From Candidatus Coatesbacteria bacterium (GTDB taxonomy: Bacteria > JAFGND01): a stretch of DNA of 64,000 nt. Shown here piece by piece: positions 61,040-64,000 of the stretch (its first letter is position 1; the number at the start of each line of letters is the position of its first letter). The DNA lies in NCBI GenBank assembly GCA_016927185.1, contig JAFGND010000055.1:7799-71798 (forward strand). Direction: 5' to 3'. Under the pieces are notes generated by a model. The model did no database searches, was not told the origin of the DNA, and saw only the letters and a list, made by a program, of their open reading frames with translations. A program made the translations under genes and the position numbers.

Positions 61040-62370
61040 ATATTGGTCATCATTGATTGACCTGTAGCCTGAACAACACTCAACCAGAGAACTCCTTGTG
61101 GGTCTATTTTCTTCCTTTTCATTATTGCAGCCTCTATAGGTAAATGAATGAACCTGTTATTCCATGTAGCAACAAGCATATCAGTTTTTCCAGCCATTCC
61201 TGCATGAACTGCCATCTGACCAAGCAATCCAGCAAATACGCTGTCATTTGGATTTGCAGGAACACTTCTTACTATATAACTGGGATCAATATATCGTATA
61301 GTTATGTCCATGTTTTTGCTTTTGAAGAAGCTGGATATTCTTTCTTTCATGAATATTCCTATATCTCCAAGTTTTTGGTTGCCTGATTTATCCGTTCCAA
61401 GTTCTTCTTTCTTAAAGAATTTCTGACCAGCACCCTCTGCAACTACTATAAGAGCATGATCCCTTCTCAGTATTCTTTTCAGTAGATGATTAAGAAAACC
61501 ATTATCTCCTTCCAGATCAAAATCAACTTCAGGAATAAGGCAGAAATTCACATCTCTTTGCGCCAGAGTTGCTGATGCTGCGATGAAGCCACTTTCCCTG
61601 CCCATAAGTTTCACAAGACCTATACCCCCTTTTGCAGCAATTGCTTCAATATGGGCACTTCTTAAAGCAGTGATTGCAATAGAGAAAGCAGTTTCAAATC
61701 CAAATGATTTGGAAACATTATTTATATCATTGTCTATTGTTTTGGGAATCCCTATGATTGACCTGTGCAATTTCCTTCTTTTTACCTCTGATACAATATC
61801 CCTGACACCTCTTAATGTTCCATCTCCACCTATTGCGAATAAAATATCTATTCCCTCGTTTTCCAAGAAGTCAACCTGCTTTGAAACATCCTGTGAACCT
61901 CTTGAAGAGCCTAGAATTGTACCTCCTTTTTCATGGATATCAAGTACGGTATCTGGAGTCAGTTTCATAATTGGTATACCATGTTCTTTTATCATGCCCA
62001 TATAGCCATATCTTATTCCTAGGACGTCATTGCAGCCATATACATAGTGAAGAGTATAGGTTATTGATCTGATGACATCATTCAAGCCCGGACAAATTCC
62101 ACCACAAGTTACTATTGCAGCCCTGATTTTGGAAGGATTGAAAAAAAGCCTTTCTCTTGGTCCTGCAAGTTCAAGAAAAGAAGCTTTTTTCTCGCCACTC
62201 TGGAATTTCCTGAATGAATTTTCAGTGTCGTCATAAAGTATTTTCTGTTCATCATCAATGAATTTGATCTCATTGATTGGAGATGAATATCTACAGATTC
62301 CCAGATTTTCAATCCTCGTATCAAACCATCCTGAATCTGTCCTGGGAGTGTCATCCATTATGTTTTCCAT
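61036..62370 (-). CDS. pfk: 6-phosphofructokinase, long (PPi-dependent / group III-like) form
   Basis: GGDGT motif (FAIGGDGTLRG), CPGLN ATP/PPi-site region, substrate-binding MGR. Start moved to MENIM (62370), 7 nt after the MBL-gene stop, avoiding a 47-nt overlap. Confidence 0.8.
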   Translation of the reverse strand: MENIMDDTPRTDSGWFDTRIENLGICRYSSPINEIKFIDDEQKILYDDTENSFRKFQSGEKKASFLELAGPRERLFFNPSKIRAAIVTCGGICPGLNDVIRSITYTLHYVYGCNDVLGIRYGYMGMIKEHGIPIMKLTPDTVLDIHEKGGTILGSSRGSQDVSKQVDFLENEGIDILFAIGGDGTLRGVRDIVSEVKRRKLHRSIIGIPKTIDNDINNVSKSFGFETAFSIAITALRSAHIEAIAAKGGIGLVKLMGRESGFIAASATLAQRDVNFCLIPEVDFDLEGDNGFLNHLLKRILRRDHALIVVAEGAGQKFFKKEELGTDKSGNQKLGDIGIFMKERISSFFKSKNMDITIRYIDPSYIVRSVPANPNDSVFAGLLGQMAVHAGMAGKTDMLVATWNNRFIHLPIEAAIMKRKKIDPQGVLWLSVVQATGQSMMTNI

Positions 62371-62377
62371 TTTTTCC

Positions 62378-63181
62378 TTACAAAGGTAAATTCCTGAAAG
62401 AAATAACAGGAATTTCCGATTCATGGGTTAAGGCAAAGTACAGATTTTTATATTTATTGTTTGATTCAAATATCTTCTTCTTTATTAACATTGTTTCCAG
62501 AGGATAAAGATCAGTTGCTGAAACGTATGGGATTTTTGCAAAAAACCTGTTTGGCATGATATCTCCTGGAAAAACCATGATTTCATTTTTGCTTTTTATT
62601 TCCACTATTTGGTGACCTTCTGTATGTCCTCCTGTATGTCTTATAAAAATGTTCTTTGAAATTTCTTTTTCATCGTTCCTTATGAAATTAACTCTAGTTG
62701 ATTTCTCTAGCATCGATAATTTGAGTGCTGGGTATGCATTTTTCGTTCTCTCATTTGTATTCTGGGAATGATAGTATTCTTTTTTATTTATCCATATAGA
62801 TGCATCAGGAAATAATAACTCATTTTCATTGAATAATCCTGAAGCATGATCAAAATGAAGATGTGTTAAAACTACATCAGTAATATCAGAATAATCCAAT
62901 CCCTTTTGTTTCAAGAAATTACCTAAGCCAGATTCTCTTGTGACCCCATAAATCCTTTTTGCTTTTGCATCAAGCGAATTGCCAAATCCTGTATCTATAA
63001 GGATATATTTGCCGTTTCCTTCTATAAGGTATATATTAGTATGCAGATGAATCAGGTTGTCTTCATCAGGTTTTACAAACTTGCTCCAGATTTTTTTGGG
63101 GACTATTCCATACATAGCTCCACCATCACCAAGGAAGCAATTCTCGATAACATGATAAATGCTGTAATTTCCAATTTTCAT
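62378..63181 (-). CDS. MBL-fold metallo-hydrolase
   Basis: HxHxDH motif (HLHFDHASG) plus downstream His/Asp ligands; 267 aa. Confidence 0.8.
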   Translation of the reverse strand: MKIGNYSIYHVIENCFLGDGGAMYGIVPKKIWSKFVKPDEDNLIHLHTNIYLIEGNGKYILIDTGFGNSLDAKAKRIYGVTRESGLGNFLKQKGLDYSDITDVVLTHLHFDHASGLFNENELLFPDASIWINKKEYYHSQNTNERTKNAYPALKLSMLEKSTRVNFIRNDEKEISKNIFIRHTGGHTEGHQIVEIKSKNEIMVFPGDIMPNRFFAKIPYVSATDLYPLETMLIKKKIFESNNKYKNLYFALTHESEIPVISFRNLPL

Positions 63182-63298
63182 AAGGTCATTTATTTCATTC
63201 TTTTGCCTGAAGTCAAGTAAAATGGATATAATGAACGGAATCAGTCAGCAAAATAATTAATATTGACTAATACATTTAATATCAAGACTAAACAAAAC

Positions 63299-63919
63299 AT
63301 GAATATTGAAAGAGAAATCAAACTTGAGTTGACAGAAGATGATTATTTACGAATGAGAGATTTTCTCAAGAAAAATTATAAAACCAGTTTTGTTTATCAG
63401 CATAATGAGATTTTCAACTTGTTTAACATAACAAAAGGAGTCATTCCATGGGCTCTTAGAATCAGGAAAGAGACAGAAGATGATATAGTAAATTATATCA
63501 TATCAGCAAAAGGTTCAGCTCGAAAGAAAACTGAATATGCCTCAAGAATAGAAATAGAGGAGGTATTGAATGATTCAAATTCAATTCTGAATAAAAATGT
63601 CCTTTTTCGAGTTTTTCTTTCAAAACATGGAATAATTTCTGAGAAGGAAAAGATGGAATATTTTGTGAAAACAGCCGGGAAATTCTTGAATGAAAGATTG
63701 ATTGCCTGTACAAATGAAAAAGGCATAAAAGAAATTGATCTTGATAAAACGATATTTCCGGATAATCAAATAGACTTTGAACTGGAGATTGAATTTTCTG
63801 AAAGCAAGTATTATATTGAAATAGATAAATTCCTGAAGAAAATATTCAAAGAATTAGATATCATTTATAAAGTCCAATCAAGGAGTAAGAGAGCTAGATT
63901 GATGGATCACTTGAAGTAG
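63299..63919 (+). CDS. CYTH-domain protein (CyaB/thiamine-triphosphatase-like triphosphate tunnel enzyme)
   Basis: N-terminal ExExK signature (NIEREIKLEL) that defines CYTH domains. Start placed at ATG 63299; the upstream TTG at 63263 has no SD. Confidence 0.55.
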   Translation: MNIEREIKLELTEDDYLRMRDFLKKNYKTSFVYQHNEIFNLFNITKGVIPWALRIRKETEDDIVNYIISAKGSARKKTEYASRIEIEEVLNDSNSILNKNVLFRVFLSKHGIISEKEKMEYFVKTAGKFLNERLIACTNEKGIKEIDLDKTIFPDNQIDFELEIEFSESKYYIEIDKFLKKIFKELDIIYKVQSRSKRARLMDHLK

Positions 63920-63943
63920 AAACTCTTCTTTTTGAGAAGGAAC

Positions 63944-64000
63944 ATGAAGAAAGGTCCTCCAATTATTGCTGTAATTATTCCTACTGGCAAATCAGATGGA
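63944..64000 (+). CDS. 5' end of an unidentified CDS (truncated by the window end)
   Basis: ATG 63944 preceded by GAAGGAA; translation MKKGPPIIAVIIPTGKSDG continues to the window edge. Confidence 0.3.
   Translation, partial: MKKGPPIIAVIIPTGKSDG

Overview
This 64-kb window is AT-rich (by eye roughly one-third GC) and very densely packed, with 59 predicted protein genes and no rRNA, tRNA, CRISPR array, transposase or phage gene that I could recognise. It looks like core chromosome. The organism appears to use standard code 11, since TGA/TAA/TAG stops give normal-length proteins. It also uses strong Shine-Dalgarno sites (AGGAGG, AAGGAG) and encodes a protein with a type IX secretion C-terminal sorting domain, so it is probably an anaerobic member of the FCB superphylum that still uses SD-dependent initiation. 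Neighbouring genes very often overlap by 1-8 nt (ATGA, TAATG, ATGAATGA), and convergent gene pairs share their stop regions. Housekeeping genes recognised include the ABC-F ATPase, ligA, dtd, nth, mnmA, nadA, upp, cdd, gcvH, coaX, nrnA, pfk, lptF/G, xerC/D-type recombinase, znuACB, MscS and an Omp85-family protein. The more interesting content is as follows. (1) An orphan larC-larE-larB cluster for the nickel-pincer (NPN) cofactor with no larA in the window. (2) Two paralogous NodU/CmcH-type carbamoyltransferases, one translationally coupled to mnmA. (3) A PP2C phosphatase with a roughly 300-aa acidic disordered tail. (4) An orphan beta-class DNA methyltransferase whose stop overlaps the start of a secreted MORN-repeat protein. 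(5) A three-gene Fe-S flavoprotein cluster (GltD-like, a fused SoxA/HcnAB-like protein, and a SoxB/DadA-like oxidase) that could be an NAD(P)H-linked amino-acid dehydrogenase complex. (6) A nucleotidyltransferase overlapping an 819-aa membrane spermidine-synthase-like protein. (7) Directly downstream of znuACB, a four-gene operon of uncharacterised membrane proteins. Its first gene has about 175 open codons upstream of its first canonical start, including an ideal SD plus signal peptide but only ATA/ATT as a possible initiator. I regard (7) as the best candidate in this window for an undescribed envelope system. All functional calls rest on motif recognition in the supplied translations; no database searches were run.
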